Shown piece by piece: positions 38,177 to 51,570 of a stretch of DNA of 64,000 nt. The notes under the pieces were generated by a model. The model searched no databases and was not told where the DNA came from. It saw only the letters and a program-made list of their open reading frames with translations. The DNA comes from the human T2T-CHM13v2.0 reference genome, Homo sapiens, in NCBI RefSeq assembly GCF_009914755.1, contig NC_060931.1, one strand, 5' to 3'. The stretch's first letter is position 1. Every line of letters starts with the position of its first letter. Both the position numbers and the translations under genes were made by a program.

Positions 38177-39169
38177 AACATAAAGCTTTACTGAGGTATA
38201 ATTCACATACTATACAATCCACTTATTTCAAGCGTACTGCTCAAGGTTTTCCATATATTCACAGAGTAGTGCAGCCATCATCTCAAACAATTTCAGACCA
38301 TTTTCATCTCTCCAAAGAGAGACCACGTACCTATTAGGTTGCTCCAGATCTGGAGGCTTTCTGGGATTATTGAATGTGAATCAGCCCACCTCTGAGCTCA
38401 CCCTTTTCAGCTTAAGTTCCAGCTTTTTCTAGTCTGCTAAGTCAGTGACCTCTTTTCCACTTGCTGTCCAGCTTCCACGCTTCTGTTGCTGCTGCCTCAC
38501 CTCTATCTTTATCTTTGTGGCTTATGATTTTGAAACCCCGCTTTCTGTATTTTGGGTGCATGTGCGTGTTCACATCACCTTTTTAAACTGGAAGTTCCCT
38601 GGCTGCTTTGAAATCATTCTTTTTTCTAGCAAGAACAAAAGTTCCAGGCCTGTCTTGGATTACTCCTGCCCTAAGACATGGGGTCAGCTCCTTTCCTTTA
38701 AATAGAGGACAGCACTGAGACCAAAATCTAGGTGCTGCTTGTGGGGCCCGATGGTCCCATGTGAGGGCTGCTTCTGGGTAGGGCCACCATTCCGGCCTGC
38801 CTTGGGGACAGGGCTGTCTGGGCTTCTCTTTAGGATCATGAATTCACTACTGACATTTCCAATTTAATGCTAACATCAACATGTGCTTCAAAATGTTATT
38901 TCAGGTGAACATGCAGATTTATTTTCTCTGCCTACGGCTACTTCGTTGTCTATTCCTTCCCTGCCCATCATTATCCTTCCCTCTCTTTTATGACACTTGT
39001 ATGTCTCCATGTCCATCTGGCTGGGGTCCCTTTGATGACCCTGTTCTCCCTGCTCTTGAATTAGAGACCGGTGGCTATAAAATGCTGAGCCTGTCCCCGC
39101 CACAGGGCCTTCTTCCCATGGTGCCCTCTCCTTGGACTTTCTTCTTCCAGTTTTTCTCATGGGTGGCTG

Positions 39170-39445
39170 CTCAGCATTCAGGTCATGTCAGCTCAAATGT
39201 CACTTCCCCCAGGAGGCCTGCCCTGATCACCTCCCTGCCGAGGGAGCCCGTCCTTGCCCAGGCACAACCTCCGTACCTGGGTATCTCCCTCATAGTGCAG
39301 CTAACTTTCTAAATGATGCTGTTTTCGTCTTTGCCATCCTTCTTCCCCCCGCACTGGAATGCAAGCTCTGCAAAACTGAATTCCTGGTATCCTTAAAAGT
39401 GACTGGCACACAATTGGCACTCAATATATATTTGTTGAAGAAATA
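39170..39445 (+). mobile_element. L2 3' fragment
   Basis: CAGCTCAAATGTCACTTCC..AGGAGGCCT; ends GGCACTCAATATATATTTGTTGAA. Confidence 0.65.
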
Positions 39446-40840
39446 AATCAGAGGCAGAGACAATGTGCAAACACAGGGCCTCCTGACCCCCAGGCCACTG
39501 TCTTGTGACTACGCGATGTGGTTCCTTGGGGAACAGAAATCCAAGTACAAGGCTCAAGGGAGGAAGGCATAGCGAAGACACACAAAAACGTCACCTACCT
39601 GAGATTCAGCTTCCAGCAAATGAAACGCCTAAGTTCAATTCCCTGTCACATTTCTCTCTGCCAGTTTTTGGCAAAGAAGTGAAACTCACAAGTTGATGGA
39701 ATGCTTGTGGGCAGTGGCACTTCCCGCTAGGTCAACTGCCAGAGAGGAGCACAGGAGAATGCAGGGGCTGCCTCCTCCAAGCCGCCAGCTTTGTGAACAG
39801 AGCCCGGACTCACCAGGAGCGCAGGGCCCTGACTACCGCCTGGCCGCTGTGACGAGACCGTCGTCATCCTAAGGGCTAATGATGCACAGAGGAGGCTGTG
39901 ACTCACCCCTGGCTCCCTCACTCTGCATCAGGGAAGAAGGAAGAATGTCACCCTAATTCCATGGACCGCGATTTAATTTGAGGTCAAGATCAAAGCTATT
40001 CAAATCAACATCTTCTAAAAACTGGAAATTCAGATTTTAAGACAATTCCACAAAGCCATAACAAGAAATTCTGCATGTATTTAAATAAGCACATTCTCAG
40101 AAAAAGATGAAAAAAATGCACACCCTAGGAAAAATCAGTCCCTTTCTCATTAACCCTAGAGTGCCAGGCCCCTTCATCCTTTTCTTCTTTTCATTTTGAG
40201 ACTTCAAAGCAGCCCTCTGCTCACCTACTCAGTTTGGAGTCAAAACCCATGGGTTTGCCCGGCTCAGAGCCTACTGCCCCCCTAGCAGGAGTCCTCTCCC
40301 TGCTGAGGGCTCCGGTCAAGCTGACTTCTCCTGGTACCTGAGTTCCCTGCTCTCCCAGCTTGGTTAGAAGAGAAAGAAACCACCTGAGTAGCATCAAGAA
40401 AATATCATCTCCTTTATTGTTCCCATATGTTGTTTCAGGTCTCATTTCTTAAAAAAAAATCCTACATTTTTAGGAAAAACTGAGCAACGAAAAATGCCAA
40501 CGTCTCTTCAGGACAGCAGGGAGCTCAGAGAGACACCTTTCCCCATCCGTTAACCAAGTCAGAAGTCCCACTACTTCCCTCTTGGGGAGATCAAAATGAC
40601 TTATTTTCCCTTAACAACATTTCTCAATGTTGCTACAGACTTGGGGAAATTTACTATAAAGTTTTTCTGTGGCAATGGGCTCCCTCACAGGACCTGCTTC
40701 CCCCAGAGTCTCGAATAGTGCTCCCAAACTGCAGACCGTGACCCAGGAGTAGGTTGTGAGATCAATTTAATGGGGCATGACGAGCATTTGAAAAGGGACA
40801 GAATGGAAGAGAGAGTATCAGAGTATAAGGTGTGTTCATG

Positions 40841-41148
40841 GGCTGGGCACAGTGGCTCACAGATGTTAATCCTAACACTTTGGGAGGTTGAGGCAAGCAG
40901 ATCGCTTGAGCCCAGGAGTTCAAGACCAGCCTGGGCAACATGGTGAAATCCTGTCTCCACAAAAAATACAGAAATTAGCCAGGTGCAGTAGCACACGCTT
41001 GTGATGCCAGCTACTCAGGAGGCTGAGGTAGGAGGATTGCTTGAGCCTGGGGAGGTTGAGGCTGCAGTGAGCCATGATCGTGCCACTGCACTGCAGCCTA
41101 GGTGACAGAGTGAGACCCTGTCTCCAAACAGAAAACAATGACAAAAGA
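40841..41148 (+). mobile_element. Alu (AluJ-like)
   Basis: Full dimer; TSD TGTGTTCATG at 40831-40840 and 41151-41160. Confidence 0.93.
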
Positions 41149-42119
41149 GATGTGTTCATGAAGCTTTTGTTTCAGGGGTGTATGTGCTCTCTCACAGAAA
41201 ATGTAGTTCTTACTACTTCAAACAGTAAAAATCTTTAAAGCCATATTTAACCATCAGAATCTAGTTTATAGGATTTCTTTATAAAAGAACCAACATTTAA
41301 CCCAGAAAAAACATACTACTGAATAATGGTATCCAACATTTAAATAGGATATAAAACAGGCTAACAGAGAAAGAGAAGGGGAGTTTTTGGCGACCATCGA
41401 CAAGATGTTGTGTTAGCTAGGAGTACAGTGAGTGCCACCCACCAGCCCTCCCCACCAGGAACCTGAAGTTTAACCGGGGAGCAGAGCTGTTGCCAATCCA
41501 ACTTCCGTAGCTTCAGAAGGGCCCAAGTAGAAGGGAGCTGACAGCCACAGACACGAAAGTGACAGATACACAGATTGATGGACAGTATGCAGAAGATTCC
41601 CAGCTGATTCAGTATCCTTTAGGACACGGGGCACATTCTTTGTGAATATTCTCAAGGGCAGTCCACCCTTGCTTTCTGAGCAGGTGACTTTGTTCTAGGG
41701 AACAGCCACAAGTCACTTGGGGCTGTTCTGCTGGACTAAGAATGATCATGTATGCGGCACTTTGAACTCCTTACTCAGGCCGTCATCAGGCTGCTACCTA
41801 GAATGGGTTCGCAGACAGGTTCAAGTCTTGCAGCACAACCTCAGCTCGTCTTCATCGAGTGAGGGCAGCACTGCCGGCACTGAAAGGATGGTGCTCTGTG
41901 ACACAGTGCACGTAGGCATTTGTATGTAGTATGGATATTTTGTACTTAGTAATTTTGCTTACTTAACAGACACTACAATTTCTATATGATAAAATGAAAG
42001 GAGCCACAATGATGATAGGCCAGATTGCAATGTGCAAAGGTGCACACAGAACAGCTTCATCCTTCCATTAACCCTGATGAACACAAAGACACAAACTCAA
42101 CCCAACTGTCCAGAGCCCA

Positions 42120-42340
42120 CATGGTGAGGTGGCTAAGAGAGGCACTTGGGAGCAGGCATCCTGTGCTTCATTCTGCTCTGTTCTGACAGTTATCTCACCT
42201 CTCCACACCTCCATTTCCTCATCTGTAAAATGGAAGTAATATTAGAGCTAACCTCACAGGGCTGTGGTGAAGATTCTGTGGTTTCATAAGCATATTTAGG
42301 TTGACTTCCAGCACACAGTTAACACTATATTAGTGTTGGT
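42120..42340 (+). mobile_element. MIR SINE
   Basis: Core CCATTTCCTCATCTGTAAAATGG..TAATA...ACCTCACAGGGCTGTGGTGA. Confidence 0.7.
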
Positions 42341-45300
42341 TGCTATAGTCCTGTTAATCAGTATTTTTAAATTAAATGTCTGGATTTGAACAACGACCAA
42401 GGAACCACAAAGGCCTAACAATAATCTAATTCGAATTATCTGCCTATAATTAGTGGACTAAAATGTCTAAAATGTAGTTTACATTTCGAACACACTCGAT
42501 TACCATACTGCTTCCTAATGGTGTTGGAGAAACATAATGTGCTGATTTAGGATTATATTGCTGAATTTATTTTCATTAATCCATTCACATTAGTGGAGAC
42601 CTGGGGATAAAGAAGACACGCTGTCTCTCTGGCCTCGAGGTGCACGATGCAGAACTTGGGTGGGCAGACTGCATCACACCGTGGAGGAATGCAAGGTTGG
42701 AGATGGCCCAGACACTAAGGGAGTGCCTCACTCTTAACGACATGACTTCTGAAGGCAGTGAGAGTGAGTACTGTCTTTGTTGGACCAACTGCTGCTTGTG
42801 TCTGCACTGCGGCAGCCCTCGCCGGAGCTTGTTTTGGTATGATGATTTCCTTCTTAACTGTGAAATAAAATGTGCTATATTTATAGAGGGTACACCTACA
42901 GACAGGGTGGATATTTTTATGCCAAGAGAAAGCTCAAAAGGAGGGCTGGGAAAGGGAGGATGATTGATATAGAGAAAAATGTTGCAATGATCAAGATGAG
43001 AAATAATTAGGGTCTGCCAGCCAAAACCAGTTTCTACTACATCAGAGTAATTGTCTCTTCCCAGACATAGCATATGACATGAAAATGCACCAACAGAAAA
43101 TAAGCTGCTTCTCTTGAGAATAATGTCGTGAGAGTCACTGAAAGTTCACGCAAATCTCAGAGATTGCCCATAAAAGCTTAGTTTCACACTTCGTCCCATG
43201 TGGAAACTACAGCCTGTGCCGCATGAAAAACGAGTTTTATGAGAGTACTTCTGATTTTTAAGAAGGCTATTTGGCTTCCTAACAGGGCAGCTTCCTAAGA
43301 GCACCAGCAGTGTCGCTTTTACATATTGCATGTACCAGGCAGGCCTCATAACCATCAGGGCTGCATTTCAATCTGGTAAAACGTTATGCGGGTGACAAAC
43401 TTTGACATAAGCGATTGGGAGAAACTGCAAGGGCAAGAATTTCCCACTCAAAGAGATCGTTTTAAGAATGAGATCTAAAAATCAGTCAGAATTTTACACT
43501 CCAGGCATGACAACAAAGACCGAGGGAGAGGTAGACAGCGTGGCTGTCACTGCTCCCAGTGCCATTCATGTCCTACATGCTTATCTACTAAGCTTCTCTT
43601 AGACATGGGCATTGTGGCCAGTTTCAGAGGGCCAAGGTCTCAGTGGGAGTGCCCAGTGACCCTGGCAATGCTTTTCCTGTCATTTCTATTTCTTTCGCAG
43701 GATCTCACCTGGTCATGAGAGGACACTTTGTGACCGACTAGCCTGGGTTCCATGTTGGTTTCTTCATGGACTCGCTTGGTGACTCAGGCAAGACATTCAA
43801 TTCCATTTGCCATTTTCTTCTCTTGCTACAGAGCCCACTTCAGAGGATTCAATGAGTGAATACGACAACGGTGCTTGGATCAGTGCCTGCCATACTGTCA
43901 GCACTAGTCGTTACTATTTTCACTGGTTGAACAGACACGTGAGTTCACACATGACACCATCTATTGGGATGAGTCACGTTGCTTGCTCAACAACTTTAAG
44001 GCCTAGGATCAGTGACAGAACTCCAGGAGCAGCGGGGTTAACACGGGTGACCAATTTCTCCTGCCCACTGTCACTCACATGGCCCATGCCTGCTCCTGCA
44101 GATGCCGTTCCCCGGTCCTCACCGCAACTCCCTGTGGGGTTGACTGCCGCTTGCTTCTCCCGCTCCCATCCCCCTCTCCAGATTCCTCCGCCCCTGCATG
44201 GGCCGCCTCACGGGGGTTTCTCACCATCCACTCTGAACAAGGCGTGGAGTTGCTTGCTCCAGCCTGGCTGGTCGGCTCCCCAGCTGCCCTGCCCCAGCCT
44301 ATCTAGGTGACAAAGGCATGATGTCACTTCCTCTGAAGACTGGATTCTTCTTTAATTTGGACACAGTGGACTTCAAAAGTGGCACTCAGATTTCCCTGTT
44401 GCTGTGACTTATAAGCATTAACTCTGGCAGTGAGAGGTTGCCTCCTGGAAAGAGAGAGCACGGTACCCAAGTCAAACTGCCAACATTTAAACCCTGTTTG
44501 TGGGATCTTGGGGACTTACTCCTTCAAGCTCCAGTTACCCCACTTGAAAAATGACAACCACAACAGTAGCTCACTGTGGCAAGGATACAACTAATACATG
44601 GAGAAGGCTTTTCACGGTGCCTGACAGAGAGCAGTAGCTCAGTCTAGACCCTGGGCAGATTGGTCACACCAAGAACGAAAGGGACGATATTTTTCTTCCC
44701 CAGAATAGAGGTGTGTGGGCTCTTTCCTCCACTCTTGTCCTTTGTTCATTCAACTTCAGGGCCTCTCTGGATACATGTATTGTTATGTATTGCTACACTG
44801 GAAATCCTGCATTCACAAGTTGCAAACTTCTCTGCATGTTCATAAAATGTCTTGTGGAACAGAACGATGCCACATAAACACCACATAGTGATAAGCAAGA
44901 GGTTTTTACGTGGTTTGGTAATAAGACTAAGTGTTATTAGACCTCTATTCAGGGCTGAAAAACAGGAACAGTCATGGCCTAATAAATCACACCTATCAGT
45001 TCCCAAACAAGCGGCAACAGAAATAAGGGAGGACCCCGCACCCTGCTGTGAATGGAAATGCGATGAATGACGTATTTACCAGTAGGACTCCAAAACCATC
45101 AGGTGCTTCCATTAGGTTCTGCCTGAACTACGGGTGGCCAGTTTGGATAGTAGTTTCCATTGTAATAAATGTGGACAGACTAGGTATTTTGGGGACTCTA
45201 GACAGCAGTAGCTCGACGGCACCAACATGGAGGTACAAACATCTGCAGCATCAGCTGTGCCATCCCCCTTCTCCTCCCCATGCTTCCGAGACAGATGATT

Positions 45301-45659
45301 AAATGGACACAGGCTTCTATTTGGGTCCCTTCCTAGTGTGGTGATCCCATGCAGGAACCAAGGGGTTGCTTCTGGCCTGTTTTCCAGAATCACATCCAGG
45401 ACGGGGCAGGCCAGGAAGATGTCCCACCTGCCACTCGTAATGTGCAGTAGGAAGTAGGCTTTGTGTAAAACAAAAATAGAAACACGGCAACAAAAGACAC
45501 TATCTCTCTGTCCTTCTGCCATTTCTTCCCTTCTAGGGTTAGGAAATGGTATTTCTACCAAGGGCTGACTTTCTGTGCAAAGTAAAGGGAGGCTGGTTTG
45601 AATTTCTGTGTCGTATTTTCCTAGCCCCTCCACCATCAAGCCCTGCCTCCCTAACTACA

Positions 45660-45976
45660 TTTATTTTATTTTGAGATGGAATCTCGCTCTGTTGCTCTGT
45701 CGCCCAGGCTAGAGTGCAGTGGCACGATACTGGCTCACTGCAACCTCTGCATCCTGGGTTCAAGTGAATCTCCTGCCTCAGCCTCCTGAGTGGCTGGTAT
45801 TACAGGCGCACACTGCCACACCCGGTTAATTTTTTTTTTTTTTTTTTTTTGTATTTTTAGTAGAGACTGGGTTTCACCATGTTGGTCAGGCTGGTCTCGA
45901 ACTCCTGACCTCATGATCCACCCACCTCAGCCTCCCAAAGTGCTGGGATTACAGGCGTGAGCCACCATGCCTGGCC
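45660..45976 (-). mobile_element. Alu (AluS-like) with an expanded middle T-tract
   Basis: Antisense Alu; TSD CTAACTACATTT / CTAACTGCATTT. Confidence 0.93.
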
Positions 45977-48900
45977 CCTAACTGCATTTAGAAAGCCCCC
46001 ATAAGCTCATTTCCTGGGGTCTTGGAGGAGGTACTGGTCCTGCTGTGCCTCTCCCTCCAGCCCCAACTTGCTCACTGCCCCTGGCTCCGGCTCTGCTACC
46101 TGTGTTCTGGCCATGTCCCATCCCTTTCATGTATGAATTCCACATCTGCTTTAAGTTCCAAGTGGGCTGGGACCCTGTTTGATGAGTCTCTCCTACACAA
46201 GTCCCAAGTATGCCATCAGTACATACTTTCTGATAGATTTTAAAACACTCAAGCTTGACCTATATACAATGTTATCACTGTGTCATAGAATAATAATATT
46301 TCAAGGCTGGAAAGAACCTCAGATTTCCTGTGCCAACCTCCCCTCTTACAGAGGACAAGACCAAGGGCCTGGGGAGGGGGTGACCTGTCCCAGGTCACAT
46401 ACTCAGCAAAGGTCCAAGCAAGGGTGGAAGTCCGGCCCCCAGGTCACTGGCAACCCCTCCAAGGTCCTGCTAGTGGCTGCCCAGGTCAAATAAATGGGAA
46501 ACCAGCATTTGCAAGCCAGGTGACAGAGCCCTCCTGAGTCACAGATGCTGCTCGGGAGGCTGCTTAAAACTCATTCTCAGGCATACACCAGCGCACGCAT
46601 CCAGTACTCTGTGATTGTGTCCACCCAAACAAGCTGCTTATCTACTTTTCTGAACATGAGGTTCGAATAGGGAGTGCTTTTGAAAACTCCAGAGTAGTTA
46701 GCAATGCTTCCTGGATGATTTTGACTGGGTTCATGTACCCCCAGCCACAGTACGTATATGTAGATGCAGTTTCATGAATAGAGGAAGAATACCAGGTTTA
46801 AATGTGTCTCTTAAACCGTCATTGTAACGAGAAGTTACAAGTTGGGTCCTGAGGGAAATAAAAAGGAGAGATTTTCCAATTCTAAGTTCTCAAACCACTG
46901 AATAACTTCGCTGTTCCTCCTCAACTGGTTTGGAGTTTGATTTGAGACCAGCACTAAATACAAATGGCTCATTTTTCAAATCAATCTTGATCTAGAGACA
47001 TACAGGTCAACCTTGGGAAAGCAAGGTCAGTGCTGTGTGCCAACGGGGTTGTGACATCTGTAAGGAGATGATCACAATCTTTAGCCAACCTCCCATTTGT
47101 CAGCTCAAGTCTATTAACTGTTTCTTCCCTTGCTTTGTTTTGCTCTATAAGGAGAATACCACTTTTCATCTCAGAACAAACCAACGATATGTCATCCACA
47201 GATGTCCTAATGGGATAATCCATGTGTCACAGACAATAAGGAAAGTACTTTCCAGTTAGCTAAATAAGGATTAATGAACAGATACTCAGCAAACCTTCGG
47301 GGGAGACACAGACAACCTCTGCAATGGGTAGTGTCATCAATGTCCAAGAAGCCTGCACAGTATGCATTTGTAAATGGCCATTTCAAACTGCTTCAGGGGC
47401 AAAATTTTCAAGTTTGTGCATCCAAGAGAAATGTTTTCTATGTCTATATTTTTCTAAAAAGTGAAGGTTTAGAAAAACATGCTTCGAATGTTAATTATAT
47501 GATGATCCCAATCTTTTGGGGTGGGTTCTAGAATTAGAAGCGTGTGAAGGGTATATGGTTCAAGTGGGCAGAACTTTTTCTGCCTCAGCCGACTGTCACA
47601 CGAGAACTGTCAAGGATGGAAGGTGGGGAGACACACATGTCAAGGATGGAAGGCTGGGAGAAAGTGGTGGTACTATCTGTGGCATGTGCTCCGTTCAGCG
47701 GGGCTCACTTCAGAAAATGCAGCTGAAACACTTCTGAGGTGCTAAAGCAAATTGTTATAATGTCACTGCCTATGGTGCTGTTGAGGCTTTATAGCCACAG
47801 AGCGCCCATAGTCTCTGGAAGTCATTCTGCATTCTCACATAAACTCGTCCCCGCCAGCAAGCTCCATTCTCCACAGAAAAAGGCCTTTCAATAATGAACA
47901 GCCGTCTGTTCCACAGAGCACAGGAAAAACATGATAAACCAAGTCACACAGCCTTGGCTGTAAACATATTCTTACACAAGATTTCTCCAACTCCATATAA
48001 AGAAAAAAACAAGCTATTAACCACTTGCAGAACAACAACAAAAAATGCATTGGGTTTCCTGCAATTAAGCTGCAATGTTTTACAGTGCAATTTTATTTAT
48101 AACTGAAAAAGAGTAAATAAGTAAATATATAAAACGTCGAACAGACCCCTCCCGCCAAAGGCTTTTTCTGCAAATTAACTTAGCAGTAATAAAACCTGTG
48201 CCAGCTGGAATCTTTCCCCTGTGCTCTGTGGCAAGGGCAGCCCACGCGGGTATACGGCTGAGAAAAAACACAGTAGGGCATTTTCTACCTTCAGCCAGGG
48301 GATGTTAACTCAACTTTGGCAAGTGTTTAAAGATTTCTCTCTCCACATGTTCAAGAAAGAATTAAAAACAGTTGAACTGGGGAAAATGAACATCTGTTAC
48401 TTACTTACACTCACAACCACAATGAAAAACATTCACAATTAAAGCGATTTTGCTTCCCTGCTAGTTGCAGCTGTAATCTTGGGTTAAAAATATAAATGCG
48501 GAGGCTCCTTATTGTCTTTGGGGCTTTCTTCTTCAGGCTGCTTGTAAAAAAGGTAGTTTACTTGGGTTCGATTTTTTTTTTCCCATTGGAATAACAATAT
48601 CAGGAAACAGGTCTGCATAAAAAGATAGGGGATGGCAACAAAAAGTACCTACGCAACGGAGCCTTGTTTTATGAAGCTATGAACCAGTAGTCAATAAGTG
48701 TTTTATATTTGGGAGTTAAATACACTTTACAGCTGTGTAAAAAACCAGAGCCATTTTGGGCCAAACATAAACATTCCAGCGTCTACAAAGTTTACTTATA
48801 TTAAGCGACGGGGTAGGTTTCTATCAACTGGGAGGGATTTGTGCGTTATGCATGACAGCACTGAAAAGCTTCCACATCAAGTCATTTCCCGTCCAACATG

Positions 48901-50959
48901 CAGAAATTTCATCAAGAAAATCAAATCTATTTCCGACAAGGTCTTCATACTTCCACCCAGGCTAATGAAATAACCTCCTAACTGATATGCCAGGATCTAG
49001 TCTCTTGGCCCTCCAATCCATCCTCTTTCTGGCTGCCACATTCAACCTTCCTCCAAATAGCTGCAATCCATATCGCTCTTCTTTGATTGCATTAGTTACT
49101 TTGCTTATTAAAAGTGGCTCCACTGCCAACTCTATTAAACACAAATTCCTTAGCGTGGCATTTAAGGTCCTTATATCTATGCATATGCTTCCCGAACCCA
49201 ACACACCAGTTCACTGGTGTGGAATGGGTCCCCAACCATCCCCTGGCTGGCTGTCTAGGTTTTTCTGGCTTGAAATACACAACACTCAGCCCACCCTCTA
49301 CCCTTTCCTGCACTCATTCTTGAAAACCTCTCAAATGCTACTTTCCCCCGGTCATTGTTAACTGAATTGTTGCCAGTAGATGTGCCTACTACCCCTTTTA
49401 ACCATGATAGCGGTTCACTGAAGGCACTGAGGTTGAGTCTCCTAGGAGCTTTATTTACACCTTGTCTTCCTCTGTGACTTCACTGCCATCTCTCTGAGCG
49501 TGGCTCATCTTTGCATCCCCTCCAGCACTCAGTGCTGGGTCTTCGAGGAACAGCCATTAGAGCCAGTTGCCTGTCTCTCTTCTAGAGAGTTGGTGGAACA
49601 TTTCCTGACTCCACTCTGATATGCTGCTGAGAAGGTAGACTGAGACACTCTGATGCAATTATTATATGGACTAAAAACATCAGACTTCCACCAGGATCAT
49701 GTATAATTCAGTCAAACAGATTTGCCAGGCGTGGGTTCTAATTGGAATGGCAATCATAAGCAGTCTTTCTCCTTGGTCAGGCCAAGAAGGAATTAATTTG
49801 TAACTCATTAACATTTATTTGGAGGAATCTTAAACCATGGTGGGAATGAGTTCATCTCCAGCTGGGCGCAGGGCCTTGCTGCTGAAGGTCCAAGGTCACT
49901 GCCCAGGAAGGCTGGCTCAGCCTTGGAATGTGTCCATGGGCTCGTGCCAGCCCTGGCCCTGATCCCACACCACAGAACCCATGTGGCTGAAGGAGCTGAG
50001 GCTGGGAAAATCCCCAGGGAGGGGGCAGAAGACTGTTACGTCCTTAGCAGAACATGAGGCTTTTTCTGAGGTTCTGGAAAATAAGTCTGGACAGTTTTCT
50101 TTCAAAGTGGTATGGTTCAGCACACCTCTGCCCTCCTTTGCCACCCCCTCAGGAACAAAAACCAGAAGTGCAGAGGGAGCTGTCATGTTATTCCTGGCCC
50201 AACGAGAGCAGGAAGTGCCATAAATCTCTCAAGACAGCCTAGGCTCATGGGATTTCCAGAACCAATCTGTCGATTTATGAGAATCAGATCATTCAGACAG
50301 ACATCCGAACCTTAGATCCTTATGAAAAAACATTAACATACAGGACATTCCTGTCACTTAGGAAAACATTATTCTTTCAAAGTTCCTCCCATAGAACACA
50401 TCTAACATCTAGGAGAAAAGAGCAAAGAAGCATGGCCTGAATCAGGCCAACCACTGAACCTTTAATCTCGGAATGACTTATCTGGGGAAATCGCTAGCAG
50501 CCTGCTGGACAATGATCAATGAGGGCTGGCTTGGCGTGGCACTGCCTTGGGCCCTGGGTGGGAAGGCTGGTCAATAGCCTTTGGGATCATCAAGCCTGGC
50601 CCCAGAAAACAGAAAACAAAGCAGTGGCTTGCAAACACTACCTACAGATGATGTTGGACCGGCAGTGCTGGAGCGCCGGGAGCTGCAGAAAAGACCCGAG
50701 GTCCAGGCTCTATCCCTTGGATTTGACTTGCTAGATTTGGGGTAGGTCCCAGAGAGCCGTATTTTGAAGGTCACTGGGAAAAGCTTGGGAACTATTGAAA
50801 TACCATATATTGTGACAGAGGCGGTCAGTGATTTAAGACCATGTCTTGATTCTAAAAGATAGTCCTTGACTGTAGGCTGCCCCTGAAAACCTGCTTGTCT
50901 CCCATCCGTGCAAGAAATGGCCCAGCCTCCACTCGGCTGCCTGGGAGTCTTTCTCTCTC

Positions 50960-51570
50960 GCTTTCTCTTCCAGACTCATCCAACTCCCATCGGCTCTACT
51001 CCAAAACATTCCGAGTTCATCCGCACTTCCCTGCTCTGTGATCCTCGTCCCAGCCTTACATCACTTTCCTCTTTCCTCGGCACAGCTGGAATAGAGTCCC
51101 TCTTTTAGCCATTTTTACAGCCCCAATCCCAGCAGTCATTGGTCAGTCAGAATAACCTTTTAAAAATGTGAAGCAAACCATGACATTCCCCTGTTTAAAA
51201 CCCTCCCTTAACTTCCCCTCAACGTAGCAAAAAGTGCCAACTCCTGTCATCTGGGCATGTTTCCCCCACCCCACCCACCAGACCTAGCTAGCCTCACACT
51301 CCTGTTTTTTCTCTTCATCTAAGAGGTACTCATCCTTAAAGCTCAGACTGGGCATCATTGCTTCCAAGAGGTCTCCTGACTCTTCATCCAAGTCTGGGCT
51401 AGGCAGGTGCCTGCCCTGCATGGGCTCTGAGCTCGTCCCTATCAGAGAACTGTCCACCCCATGTGAATCTTACCATCTGTCTCCCCACTAGTCTCTGGGA
51501 TACTGGGGTTATGTCTTTTATCTCTGTACATTCATTAGGTACACAGTAAGCACTCAGATGTTTGTTCAGT
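50960..51570 (+). mobile_element. L2 fragments
   Basis: TTTAAAACCCTCC and CATCATTGCTTCCAAGAGG motifs; ends GGTACACAGTAAGCACTCAGATGTTTGTT. Confidence 0.55.

Noticed and set aside
42585-44310. 162-aa and 167-aa ORFs
   Set aside because: No domain similarity and no convincing exon structure; lengths are compatible with chance.
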